Notes: generated from the letters alone by a model not told the origin. 64,000 nucleotides of DNA from the human T2T-CHM13v2.0 reference genome, Homo sapiens (GCF_009914755.1 NC_060932.1); one strand, 5' to 3'; counted from the first letter of the stretch, positions 30,164-44,320 are shown. Program-made: numbers and translations.

Positions 30164-31447
30164 CTAGTGGCCTGCCATTATAACATTTAGCCAATCGTGT
30201 TTTATGAAGTAATAGTTATTACCAGGTTCAAACCCACCCCTCACAGAAATGCTTGGTGACTCCATTTCCTCCATGCCCAAATATCTCCATTTTCTCTTAC
30301 ATCTTATATCTGGAGCTGTGAGAATGGTTAGTAGGATCCTTTTTGTGAGAAATTCTTTGATTTGCTTTGGGAAAATTATGCAAATCTATAATGTAATAAC
30401 CTGATTTATATTACCTACAGAAAGTTAACTGAAGAGGAAAATTAAGTGATTATAAGCCTAAGTGGATGATTTATGAGTAAGTGCTACAGAAAGGGAAAGT
30501 CCTAGCAGCAACAACAAAATCCCTATAAAGGTTGGGATGGAAGAAAAATTATGTGGGTTGGCAAAAAGGTTTCTAGGTAGGATTAACAGGCTGAACTTGA
30601 AAAAAATATGTAGTCTTTTATGGCAAGTATCAAGACATTCAGGTTAATGATATACTGAGTACTTTTATAGAGAATCTCATACTCTCCAATCCTAGAGGAT
30701 CTGAAAACAAAACATGGCAATATACAACATATTTGGAGGTAAGGAGGCTGCGGTGGTGGTGGAATACAATGATTAATGCTTCGGGGACTTTCAGTGATGA
30801 GGTCAATGACTGCTAAGGTTAATGGCAAATGCAGTTTCTGAGATTCTACTGCTGAGGCTTCGAATACACTAAACTATACATAAAAAGTTATAATGGCTCT
30901 GTCATACTATCTACAATTTATAGATTCACATTTTAATACATAATCTTAGACAAATGAGATAAAATATTTCCATAATACAAAGTGTACTGAGTGTTGGCGC
31001 AATTGCAAATTCTGCACCACTGTTCAGAAAAGGTACAAACTGTAACTCTTCAGAGAAACAGACAGAAACTTTTGGGCAGGTTCCTGTTCTACCAAGTAGT
31101 GCAAAGTAGAACCACAGTGCTCAATGTAGTATTTCTTCTCTACTTGTGATTTGATAGAAAACTTGAAGGGAATTATGACTTTAGAAAAAAAGTGAGTGTT
31201 GAATATAGAAGCAGTAGGTTATCATTGTGGCAAGGTGAAAGGGATGGTAATAAAAGAAATAAAATCTAGTATTTGCTCTTTTTGGTCAAGAGATGGTTAA
31301 TTTCAATGCGGCAAGTATCTACCCGGAAGCACCTCTGTGCAGAGCACTATTCTAGGAACTGTGAAGCAAGCAAGATGTATCTCACTGGATGCTCACAGTC
31401 TAGTGAAAAAGGTTCAAATTCAAATTAAAAATGAAAAATGTCCCCTG

Positions 31448-31832
<385 letters not shown>

Positions 31833-32159
31833 TTAATATGAAATGAGATAATTTAGGATTCGTTTTTAAATCCCTCAGGTTGTGAGAGAGAGCAAGCAAA
31901 GAAGGGATTTATGATGAAAACATTTTCCCAAATTATTTTGCAAGATAAGTAGAGCTGCCTTGAGTTAAGCAATTATCATGAGAGAAATGCTCTTTTTATA
32001 ACTTGTTTTTGATTGTGTTTCAGCACAGGTGTAAGACACAAAGGCACAAGTTTATATAGATATACACAATATTTTTCATACTAGAATAGTGGATGGTTTT
32101 AAGACTTGTATAAATTATACACACATATATTTTGGGGTACCTTGTGAGGTTAATAAGAT

Positions 32160-32325
32160 CTGTTTGTGAGCTCCAAATCTGCTGCTTTCTAGCTATGTAA
32201 CTTTGAGCATTTAATGTCTCTATATCTCACGTTTCTTATCTGTGAAATGGAGGCATTCATGAATATATGAAATACTTGGGCACAATGCTAAATAAAACAT
32301 TGTATAAACAGAATAAATGAGTAAG
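32160..32325 (+). mobile_element. MIR fragment
   Basis: tctagctatgtaactttgagc...gtttcttatctgtgaaatggagg. Confidence 0.6.
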
Positions 32326-32359
32326 ATTTGGTGTGATGAAATCAGGACTGGAGTATCAA

Positions 32360-32559
32360 CAGTGATATGCTGGTAAAGGTTGATTAGCTTTTCGGGGGAG
32401 AAAAGCCTTAATATGTAATGTTTGCCAATTTCTGAATTATAAATACCTACCCTCATTCATTTCAGATTAACAACATGATGTCACTGAATGTGGAGTTGAA
32501 AACTGATGTCTATAACTGGCTTTCATTCAGTGGTGCACACAAGGTTCAGCAAACCACTG
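32360..32559. mobile_element. MER63-like hAT-Blackjack MITE
   Basis: TIRs cagtgatatgctgg / tcagcaaaccactg; internal gtttgccaatttc and tgatgtcactgaatgtggagttg; degenerate 8-bp TSD agtatcaa / ggtgtcag. Confidence 0.8.
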
Positions 32560-33429
32560 GGTGTCAGTATTCTAATGTAATGGCTTTCGGGATTAAATAA
32601 GTAAGATGGGAAATAAACTGTTGATAATTGAGATTGTCTAGTCTACATCATTGTGCCAGAATACACCCAGAAGGGACTGGCAAGTCTCCTGGGAAGAAGT
32701 TAATCTAGTAACAGGAGATAAGTTAGGCCAGGTACCAGGGGAAAGAAGAACTTCTTCTCTGGGGATTGTGAACAGGTAGACTCAGTCACTATGCTGGGAA
32801 GTTGCATGGAGCATTCCAGGTGGTACGGATATGCTAGTCCTTGCAATATGTAGGCAGGCTGGAACTAGGCAAGAGTTATGCCAATTCATCTTGGGTCTCT
32901 GAGACCGGCTTGTACCCATGGGCTTTTAAAAGGAGAGATTTCCCATAATCAGTTTTATGTTATTCTGTTACATTTATGTTTTTTTTCTCTAGTAAATTAT
33001 AGTGTAATATTATAATTGGGTGACAGTTGTGAAATGAGGAGTTAGGGAGATTGGGGTTTCCTTTCTAAAGCCTAAGTAGCTCCAGCTGCTGGACACATGC
33101 AAACCAAATGTACCACTTGATTAATGAATCCATCTTATCCCATGTTCAAGATGCAAGAGTCTCTTCTCCCCTGAATATCAGATTATCTGAACGTGCTCTA
33201 TGGCTTCCATTTGCTTCTCAAAGGTATGATTTGCCCCCAAAGATTAAGAATTACTTATGTGTATACTACATCCCTGTGCTTATTTTTACTTTATTAATTT
33301 TTAAAGATAAATTTATTATACTTCTTTTTACTATGAACCACCTCAAGTTCTCTTTGGCAAGAGAGTTATAAATGATGCATAAAAGACAAATAGAGTTGAA
33401 TAATGATTACTTAATTGACTTAAAATTAC

Positions 33430-33996
33430 ATGCTAGTTCCTCGAAAGTTAAATATAGAATTACTAGATGACCCAGAAATCCCACTTTTAGATACATAAAG
33501 GAATTGAAAACATGTTAGAACAAAATTCTACATACAAATGTTCATAGCTGCATTATTCATATTAACCTAAAAGTGGAAACAACTTTATGTCTATTGGTGA
33601 CTGAGTTGATAAACAAAATGTATTGTATACATGCAGTGGAATATTATTAAGCCATACAAAATTGAGGTACTAAAACACAATACCAACACAGCTGAAGCTA
33701 GAAAACATTATGCTCCATGAAAGCAGCCTGACACAAAAGGCTTCCATTTATATTAAATGTCCAGAATAGGCAAATTAATAAGCAGAAAGTAGATTAATGG
33801 TTACCAGGGGCTAGAGAAAGGGGAGAATTGGCCTAATTATCTTTATAGGTATGAGATTTCTTTTGGGAGTAGTAGAAATGTTCTGGAATTAGAGAGATGT
33901 GATGGTTGCACAATATAGTAAATATACAAAAATCCAGTGAAGTGTACATTTTAAAATTGTAATTTTTTGTTATGTTCATTGCATCTTAATAAAAAA
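33430..33996 (+). mobile_element. L1MB-type 3' end
   Basis: atgacccagaaatcccactt...aatgttcatagctgcattattcat...aatgttctggaattaga...gtgatggttgcacaa. Confidence 0.85.
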
Positions 33997-34073
33997 TTGC
34001 CTGCTAACTTAAAAATAAAAACAAAACCCCCACATATATGGGGGCATGTCAAAGAAGCCCAAGAACCAACTAA

Positions 34074-34379
<306 letters not shown>

Positions 34380-34656
34380 TAAAAGAGATTTCAATGGCCA
34401 AAGCTGAAACATTTCAAGGCGAAAAATAATTTATTTGGCTTATGTTAGATTGTATATTGGTTTATAACCCAAAGTAGAAAATAAAAATCCGTAAGTCCAT
34501 AATGATATAAATACATAAAATGAAAGAATAAACAAATCTATAGTATGAAACAACTCCAAATAATGTGTATAAATACTCCTTCCTCAAGGATGGGAGAATA
34601 ACTCTCGACTCAGATCTGGGCTGTGCATAATGATTTCCTTCCAAACAGTAAGCACA

Positions 34657-35048
<392 letters not shown>

Positions 35049-35929
35049 TCAGCTAAGTGGTCCAGGTCAGCATCAGCAGTGAGGCCATGTTGATAGGACG
35101 TATCCTTAATATGGTGTGATGAAAATGGCATTTTACCCCTGATCTTCCTCCCCAAACTCCACAATCCCAGTCTACTCATGAGAAAAACATCAAACTAATT
35201 CCCATAGAGGGACATCAACCAAAGGACCTGACCAGTACTCCTTAGAGCTGTCAAGGTCATCAAAAACAAAGAAAGTCTGAGAAACTGTCATAACCAAGAG
35301 TAAATGTAATGTGGTTTTCTGGATGAGATGCTGGAACATAAAAAGGTAAAAAATAAGCTAAAGTGGTAAAGCTAAATAAATATGAACAAACTATAGACTT
35401 CAGTCAATAATAGTGTATCAGTATTGGTTCATAAACTGTAACAAATATATCATACTAATAATGTAAGATGTTAATATTAGGAAACTGCACGCACAGTATT
35501 TGAGAACTGTCTATACTATCTTCTTAATTTTTCTGTCAATCTAAAACTGTTCTAAAAAATGAAGTCTATTTTTAAAAAAATGCATGTTAACATTTAGAAA
35601 GCCAATTCGTTATGTTTAAGTATGCGAATGCATAATTATATAAAAAATCAATATAATATTATATGGACTGAGCTCTAAACCGTGATTTACTCTAGTGGTG
35701 TGTTTTTGATATGTAAAAAAATTCATTCAGTTCCATGTTTTCTTCAGCTTAAATTCCCCAGGAATTTAACCAGCCTATTAAGACCATAAGATTTGGACAC
35801 ACAAATCTTCTCGTGCTATCAATATCATTTGGAGATGAATCCTCAGTACTGATCCATGCAGACCCGACCAGTGGACACACATAAATTAAAAATATTTCAA
35901 CATGTTTGTATTGAGATGCAGCCAATATG

Positions 35930-36045
35930 AACCTGGACGAGATTTTTTAGCTCTAGTGTCTGTTTTGTTCAGTGATGTGGCTCTACCATGCATTTCAGTG
36001 CTGGCCACACAAGATTCTCAATAATATCACTTGAATGAATGCATT
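35930..36045 (+). mobile_element. L2 3' end
   Basis: gtgtctgttttgttcagtgatgt...cagtgctggccacacaag...ttgaatgaatg. Confidence 0.65.
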
Positions 36046-37039
36046 AATCTGATAAAGGAGAAGAAGGGGGCTTTATAATTCCTGATTTGTTGCAGCTTTT
36101 GCCAGCTACAAAGCCAGCTTAATTGTCACATTGGTCTTTATCAAGGGAAAATAAGAACAAAAAAACAAAGTAGGACTGAAGGAAATAAATATGGATTTAT
36201 CTTGCTTCTAACACTGAATAATATTCTTCTGGTATTCCTAATAGACTAAAAGTCTTCTATGAGGAAGGCCAAGTTAATTTAACTTTAATTTGGTCATTGA
36301 GGAACTTGCCAGATGAAGACTTAGACATTTCGTTCCTTAGCCAACTGTTAAGCATCTGGTGAGAAACTTATTGATTCATTCTTACTTCAAACAGGTATTT
36401 AATATTTTTTAGAAGAACTCTCAGAGATGCAGATAAGATTTTAAAAACCAATAAAATATTTATCTTGCTGACTGAAGTATGATCTTTAAACATTGAAACT
36501 GAAGATTTTCTCTCTATTTCTAGAATGTTCTTCCTGAAAGCTATATTTTTGTTGAACTCCCATTTAGTTTGATATTTCCAAGGAGAATTGTTTCTTGCCC
36601 AATTTCAGCATGTAATATTTTCTTAATTAATTTAACAGTGTGAAATTTGCATTTTCCACTCATAATCTGAGTGTTTATTTTTAAGGTCTAATTTAAATTT
36701 CCTTAATAATGTGCTTATAATTCTAATTCTTGACATCAACTTTAGACACATCTATTAATTCTCTAGTGTGAAAGATAAGGATGTAACTTTTTCTAATATT
36801 CGGTTTTAAATTACAGATAAGTACAACATTTTAAAAATATAGCTGAATATAAAATACTTTTTATAGCTTATTGCCATTTTTCTGGCCGTAGAAGCCATAT
36901 GCACTCTAGTAAACATTCTTGGCTTCCACTTAGATTCCTTTTATTGAGTGGTTGAATCAATCCTCCAGCTTCTGTGAGTGCTGGTTGCTAACAACTCATG
37001 CCCTGTTGAGGAGGTTATCTCCACCCCTACACTCTGAGT

Positions 37040-37945
37040 GCCTTCCATACAATCACTGACATTGCCTCAGACCAAGGGACCAACTATATGGGACAGTAGG
37101 TGTGGCTGTGGACACATAATCATGAGATCATTGGTTCTACCACATTAACACACGATCCAGGATCCAGTTGCTGCTGGCCTGATAGAGTGGTGGAATAGAC
37201 ACTTGAAGTTTAGGGATAACACCATCATTCTGATATATTTCTTAAAACAATGGCTGTTAAATCAGTTTAGTAGATAGTAAACATGGGAGAAGAACTAAGA
37301 GATGGAATAGGAGTGAGCTCACTCGCTATCATTCTCAATGCCCACTAAGTCTTCTGTCCCAGCAACTTTAAGCTCTATGGGTCTTAGAGGGATGACGCTT
37401 CTGCCAGGGGCACAGCAAAGAGACCCACTAAACTTAAAGCAATTACTGCTGCCATTGCTTGCCTTGGGATATATATGCCAGCAGGCCAATAGTCAAAGAA
37501 AAAAAGTCACATAAAGGCCAGGCTATTGACCCTAATCATTTTGGGGAAATAGGGTTGCTGCTACATAATGAGGGACAGGACAAGAATATGTTTGACAGTC
37601 AGGTGAACCACTGGGACATCAACAGGTACTCTCCTAGTTTTAACTATGAGGGAAGGAAATAACTTTGGGACATATAAACTAGGGTGTCAGACTCCTTAGG
37701 AATAGGTGAGACAACCAGGTAAGATACCTGCACCATCAGATGCACTGTCAGAGGAAGTGGCAAATCTAATGTGGATGAGGGATGAGGGAGATGATGAGTA
37801 TCAGTCATGGACTTGAAGTCAACTGTGGCAGTGGGGCATGTAGTTTCCACTAATGTGTTCTTGTGATTAATCAGAATTCCAGAGGAACTATGCTGAATAG
37901 ATTGAATTTAATGTGAGGAGCAAGTGGTTCTGAATAGTGCAAAGT
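37040..37945 (+). mobile_element. ERVL internal remnant (HERV16-like; integrase and dUTPase pseudo-coding)
   Basis: Manual translation gives ASDQGTNY from 37064 and AAGLIEWWNRHLK at 37170-37208; ORF 37459..37662 contains AIDPNHFGEIGLLLHN (dUTPase motif 3-like). Confidence 0.8.
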
Positions 37946-37949
37946 ATAG

Positions 37950-38381
37950 ACTATACAAAATATTGTTGATGTCCAACTCAGATCTCCTTTTCAGGCTGAA
38001 ACACTTATCCCCCAGCTCTCATGAGTGTTGGGTCCTAAAAGCTTACAGATACTCTCTTCTCCAGAAAAATGCCCTCAGAATATGGGAACCATCCTGATTG
38101 GAATATACAGTGTTGATAGTGGCTTACAGCCAAGGACTGACTCTCTGGGTGTGCAAAGGTTGTCCTCTTACATCAAGGTAGGTCTTATTCTGTGTTGCTG
38201 TTCATGCTGTAAAGCTCCCCATGGAATGAAGTTGAAAGCTAGACATCCTTGCTTGGCTTCTTCCTCTTTCTTATATGGTTCTCTCTTTTTTCCAAGTTAT
38301 TTGTAAGAGAGAATTTGGAAAAAGTATTTGCAAAAGAGTCCCTGTGTTAGACTCTGCTTCTAGGAAATTGAAAACAAGACA
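37950..38381 (+). mobile_element. LTR16-like 3' LTR of the ERVL remnant
   Basis: ctcagatctccttttcaggctgaaacacttatcccccagct...ccaaggactgac...agactctgcttctaggaaattgaaaacaagaca; a similar LTR start lies at about 36915-37010. Confidence 0.6.
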
Positions 38382-38394
38382 CATACTCGCTGCA

Positions 38395-38550
38395 GGTGGC
38401 AGGCGCCTATAGTCCCAGCTACTGGGGAGGCTGAGGCAGGAGAATGGCTGAACTCGGGAAGCAGAGCTTGCAGTGAGCCCAGATCGCGCCACTGCACTCC
38501 AGCCTGGGCAAAGAGTGAGACTCTGTCTCAAATAAATAAATAAATAATAA
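38395..38550 (+). mobile_element. 5'-truncated AluY (right monomer only)
   Basis: ggtggcaggcgcctatagtcccagc...gagcttgcagtgagcccagatcgcgcc; (TAAA)n tail; no clear TSD. Confidence 0.93.
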
Positions 38551-38892
38551 TGCATACAAATAGTTTTAAGTCATCCATAGTCCCACCTTATAATGTTTAC
38601 CATTGTTAGTAGTATATGCGTTTCCAGCTGCTTCTGTATTTATTGAAACATTTATATAAAATGGAATTACATATGTGGTATGTGTTTGTATGCGTGTGTA
38701 CACATATGTATGTAGTATGTGTTTGTGTGTGCATATATAGACACAGAGAATGTGGTGGTTATCTTTTTAAATTGATAAATATAATAATTTGTAGTTTTAT
38801 ACATATCCTCTGTATAAATCTACAATTAGTTAAACAATTCTCTATAAGTTCTAATAGTTAACTGTGTAAGTGCTGTGATAAACATATCTATA

Positions 38893-39202
38893 CATTTGGC
38901 CCTACATATCCATGGATTCTGTACCCATGAATTCAACAAACCATGGATCAAAAATATTTTTTAAAAAGTAACAAAAATATAACAATAAAAATACAAATTT
39001 TAAAATACAGTAGAACTATTTCCATAGCAGTTACATTAGAGTAGGCATGAGCAATCTAGAGATGATTTAAAGTATGTGGGATTATGTGTGTAGGCTATAG
39101 GCAAATACTATGCTATTTTATACAAGGGATTTCAGCATTTGCTGATTTTGGTATCTATAGGATTCCTGGAACCAATACCCCTTTGAGACCAAGGGATGAC
39201 TA
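38893..39202 (-). mobile_element. MER2 (TcMar-Tigger)
   Basis: aatctagagatgatttaaagtat...gcaaatactatgctattttatacaaggga...cctggaaccaatacccc; TA flanks. Confidence 0.88.
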
Positions 39203-40464
39203 TACATACTTCTTTGCTCATTTATCCAACTATTTTCCTGAGATAAATTTTAAGAAGTGTAACTATGAGGTTAAGTTCACATAATCTAAATATTTTATTT
39301 TTTTTCTGGCAAATTGCCTTTAAATGAGATATGTATGAGACTTCCAATTTCCCTACATCTTTGCCAACACTTGGTTTAGTGTTCAATTAACCTAAATACT
39401 AGAACTGACAATTTAAAGCAGAAGTTTTAGAATGGCCAATCGAATTGAATGTTAAGATTATTGACTAGTTTGATATTTTGAATTGAATGAATGCTTAAAA
39501 TGTAAGAAAAAAGCAACCAGACTATTAAGTGCCTTTGTACTCACTGCTTAAGATAACATCAATGAATGTTATAATTTTAGGAGGTGAGTTTTGTTATTAT
39601 CCATTGCAACAATGAACAAACTATCAGTGAGACAGACTAATGGCTTATGTTTATACAGCTGGTTTGATATTATATACAATTTGATTTCTCTGACGGTTAA
39701 GCCCTGGCTTTTCTTTATGCCCCTCTGTCTCCCACTGGTTGCAGTGCCGATCAATAACTCCCTTTACTGCCCACAGCTATAGGGTCATAGCCAAACCAGA
39801 TAGATCATACATCTGGATTTGTAAAAGGAACAAGAAAATATATAAAAGTTCTCAGAACAATAAAATGAAAGTTCACTTTAAGTGGCGCCTCTGGGGATTA
39901 TTCATAAAAAGACCTCAGAAAACCAGAGAATTTTAGACACAAATGGAGATTTAGAGGGCATCTGGACGGTCCTCTTTCCATTTTCTTCATCTGCTGCCTC
40001 CATTTATAAATGGAAAATTGTAAAGAGGCAGATGTCAGTGAGATTGTCAGGCAATAACTAGTTTATTCATGATTTTAAGGCTCCAAAGAGAATTGCTAAA
40101 GCTTAAGCCATCCTTTCATTCAGGTAGAAAATCTTCAGAATAAAATGGAAAATCAAATCTCTATTTGAAGAAATTAGCTTTGAGGATTGAAAGTAATAGT
40201 AGACTAGCTATTTCTTGGGGCTGAAAGAATGGCTTATAGTTAGTAAGCTGTGACTGTGACGAGGGCACCAGGGAGAACTTGATCCGATGTCCACAGCTCC
40301 AAGGGCAGGAACGGCCAGATCCCCAACTTCTACTTTTACATGTACTAACTTCATTGGGCTCTAAACTGAGAGAAAACCCCTGGCAGAATGAAGCAAGAAA
40401 GTGAACATAGACCTTTAACTGTGTCTAATCTCCCCTGCTTTGGCTGAACGTGGCTCCAACTCTT

Positions 40465-40610
40465 TGGTCCTAAATCTTGACACATTTAGAATCGCCTGAA
40501 TGCCTTTGTAAAATTCCTAATGCTGCACTCCAGACTTATTAATCTCTGGCTTTGGAAACAGGCATGAGGCTAGTTGACTCCAATGTGACACCACAATTGT
40601 GACCATAGGC
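40465..40610. mobile_element. MER5-like remnant
   Basis: ttagaatcgcctgaatgcctttgtaaaattcctaatgc...ctccagac. Confidence 0.45.
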
Positions 40611-41096
40611 TAACTCATCTCTTCTTTCTCCAATGTCATCATCTGACATCCCAGCTGAAAATTACTACTAATTTTAGAAATAAAATTTTTGGCAGGTATC
40701 AGTATTGTGGGTTTTTTTTTTTTAATAATAAGGGAAAAAAGACAGGTAAACTAAATCATTGAGAGAGAGTATATGAGAACTCTCTACTTTTTGATCAGTT
40801 TTACTGTGAAACTATAATAGGTTTTTTATTTTTAAAGTCTGCTAAATACAATTTTTAAATATTAAAAACTGAAAAAAAAAAGAAGAAAGAAAAAATAGAA
40901 ACAGATGGGTTTACTGATACTAGTTTTTTCCAGAGAGTGTTGGCTGTGCAGCTGAAGGGAAAGCAGGCACGTTTCTGACAACATAGCTCGGTGGCATCTC
41001 TCTGTCCTATCACTTTACCTTTAGTTTATTTACCAGCCAGCTCATATTAGTTCTACCTACGGGTGAAACTCAGCTCCCCTAGAACCCAACTGATAT

Positions 41097-41644
41097 TGTT
41101 AGAGGAAACAGATCCCGACCCAGACCCCAAGAGAGAGTTCTTGGATCTTGTGCAAGAAGGAATTCAGGGCATGTCTGTAGAGTAAGTGAAAACAAGTTTA
41201 TTAGGAAAGTGAAGGAATAAAATAATGGTTATCCATAGACAGAGCAGCCCCAGGGCTGCTGGTTGCCCATTTTTATGATTATTTCTTGATTATATGCTAA
41301 ACAGGGGATGGATGATCCATGCCTCTGCTTTTTAGACCATATAGGGTAACTTCCTGACATAGTCATGGCATTTGTAAACTGTCATGGTGCTGGTGGGAGT
41401 GTAGCAGTGAGGACCAGAGGTCCCTCTCGTGGCCATCTTGATTTTGGTGGGTTTTAGCCGACTTCTTTACTGCAAGCTGTTTTATCAGCAAGGTCTTTAT
41501 GACCTGTACCTTGTGCTGACCTCCTCTCTTATCCTGTGACTTAGAATGCCTTAACCATCTGGGAATGCAGCCCAGTACATCTCAGCCTCATTTTACCCAG
41601 CTTCTATTCAAGATGGAGCTGCTCTGTTTCAAATGCCTCTGACA
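41097..41644 (-). mobile_element. MER41A solo LTR (ERV1)
   Basis: Reverse complement begins tgtcagaggcatttgaaacagagcagctccatcttgaatag; 548 bp, TG..CA termini, TSD atat at 41093-41096 and 41645-41648. Confidence 0.9.
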
Positions 41645-42485
41645 ATATGGCCTGTATATGCCTCTTAACACCTAGAAACAAGGCTCTTCTTTTTACAACG
41701 TCTGAAACCCTGCCATGTGCCACCAGTTAAGCCCCTCTTTCTTGTCTGAATCAGCTCCCAGGCCATCAGCTCTTCTGCTGAGCCTGATGACTAACTTACT
41801 CTCAGGCCGTTCACCTGGACCAGGTTAATAGCTCTACCCATTGCCAGGTACTTAGATGCTCCAAAAGAGTTTATTTCTGTCACCAGCAATAAGCATGAGA
41901 TGGGACAACTCTAATGGCCAGTAGGATAAGAAATTCTGCCCATGTTTGGAAATCACTGGTAGCTGTTTATGGTACATATTTTGCATATTGAACTCTGTGG
42001 CTACACCTGAACATTAGCATATTTCACTATTTGACTTGAATTTTGTTTCTTCTTTTTTTGATTTTTGTTTTTTTCTTTTGCTACATTAGAAGGATGGAAA
42101 AAATATTTCTCTTCACCTTCCGAAAAGTTTAAACTTTAAGCTTTTCCTAGCCTCAAGGAAAAAAGGAACCCTGATAGTTGAGTTGCTAATAATTCTGGCT
42201 TTAGGCTTAATGGACCATAAAGGTTTAATGTGGAAACCAATAACGACAACAAGTAGAGGAGAATGCATGGGGCAAGAAGAGTGGAGGAAAGTGGCGCCTG
42301 AGAAACTTGAAAAGAGAAAGGACTTTTTTCCAGATTCAAACAGGTTGAGGGACTAGGGGGAAGTAGATAAGGAAATGGAGTCAGGCTATCTGCGGGGCCT
42401 TGTTCTGAAGCTTCATGACACCCAGGGGGCCCCTAAAATGAAGAAGGCTCTGTACATTGGGTGGGCGTGATGGTGTTGATGAATA

Positions 42486-43229
42486 CAGTTGTCTCTTGGT
42501 ATCTGCAAGAAATTGGTTCCAGGACACCTGCAGGTACTAAAATCCAAGGATGCTCAAGTCCCTAATACAAAATGGCATAGTATTTGCACATAACCTGCAC
42601 ATATCCTCCTGTATACTTTAAATCATCTCTTATAATACCTAATGCAATGTACATTTGACCCTTGAACAATGAGGGTGTTAAGGGTACCAATGCTCCCTAC
42701 CCCAGCTGAAAATTCACATGAAGCTTTTGACTGCCCCAAAATGTAACTACTAATAGCCTACTGTTGACCAGGAGACTTACTTATAACATAAAGTCAATTA
42801 ACACACATTTTGTGTGTTATATTTATAATATACTCTCTTCTTACAGTAAGGTAAGCTAGATAAAAGAAAATGTTATTTTAAAAAATCATGAGGAAGAGAA
42901 AATATATTTACTATTTATTAAGTGGAAGTGAATCATCATAAAGGTCTTCATCTTTGTCATGGTCATGTTGCGTAGGCTGAAGGGGAGGGGAAGGCAGGGT
43001 TGGTTTTGCTATCTTTGGGGTGGCAGAGGTGGAAGAAAATCCACATGTAAGTGGACTCCTGCAGTTTAAACCTATGTTGTTCAAGTGCCAACTGCGAATG
43101 CTATGTAAATAGTTGCTATGCTGTATTTTTAAATTTTGTATTATCTTCTATTGCTTTAAGAAAAATATTTGCAATCTGTGATTGGCTGATTCCATGGATG
43201 TGGAAGCTGCAGATACTGAGGGCTGACTG
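42486..43229 (+). mobile_element. MER2 split by a nested Tigger2a
   Basis: cagttgtctcttggtatc...ttggttccaggac...; resumes at 43095 with aatgctatgtaaatag...gagggctgactg; TA TSD. Confidence 0.88.
42652..43094. mobile_element. Tigger2a-like element
   Basis: TIRs catttgacccttgaacaa / ttgttcaagtgccaactg; 443 bp; homologous to 53516-53951. Confidence 0.85.
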
Positions 43230-43739
43230 TAAATCCCTGCGTCTATACTTCGTCACATGGCAACTGAGCTGAACTCACCCCTGAGCTGCGCTAGTGATTT
43301 ACGACACACAATTTAGCAGTTCACATTTGTCAGGCCTTTTGGTACACAGTAGCCTTTGGTGACTGGAAGTAGATGGAGGCCCAAATCTTCTCTCCATTTC
43401 TTTGGCACTAAGAGCTATGTTACAATGAAAACAAGACCTAGGAACAAGGCACACAAATGATCACCTTGCTTGAGAGACTTAATCCAAGATGGACACATAC
43501 GATCCTGGTGGCCCACCTTCCTGTCAGTTCTGGTGACAGAGTCCTTTGTGAAGTGGGAGGGCAAAGCACCAAATGGAGCCCCACGTCTTGTTTATTACAG
43601 GGAAGAAGGATTCCCTATGGGTAACTTAATACTGTTTTAAAATTGTTGTTACACATACACATAAGATACTTATAAGCAGGTACATCACTTTGTATAATGC
43701 AGTGTTTGTAAGTAACTTCTTAGGCAACATAATATCACA

Positions 43740-44320
43740 TGCTGTTAATTCTCATGTAATCCCATTGTGTCACACTAACAATCCCGGTAATAGGGTCACA
43801 TCAATACTAACACAAGAATGCTAATAACTCCAAACCACTACCTCCTAAATAAAGACACATGCCATTATCAATTGTCATCTCACCATCTCCCCTTCTGCAT
43901 GACTAGCCTATTCTAGCATCATCTCTTCCCTGGGCCACTGCAAGTTTCCTCAACTGAATTTATTTATTTATTTTTGTTGTTCATAGTCACATTGAGATGT
44001 TAATAAATCTGATCATTTCATTTCCATTTTTGAAAACCTCTAATGGCTTCTAATATTTATTGAAACAAGATAAAATCTCATAACTGAGATTGAGTCATTT
44101 TCATGAAGACAATAGCAAAAGTATCCTTCATCCTATGCCCGTTTCTCTGTTATTTTCTTTGTAGTACACAGCTCTGAAATTATTTTTTCAGCATATCTGA
44201 TTTTCTGTCTGCCTCAAATAGAATGTCAACTTCTCAATTCATTCACTCTTAGGTCCCCAGTACCTACAACAGAGCTTGGCACACGGTAAATGTTCAGTTA
44301 ACATCCATGGAATTTCACAA
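43740..44320 (+). mobile_element. L2 fragment(s)
   Basis: aaatctgatcatttcatttcc...aaaacctctaatggcttc...tccccagtacctacaacagagcttggcacacggtaaatgttcag. Confidence 0.6.

Noticed and set aside
39750-39790. Strong-looking acceptor caataactccctttactgcccacag
   Set aside because: No good downstream donor at exon distance and no supporting reading frame.
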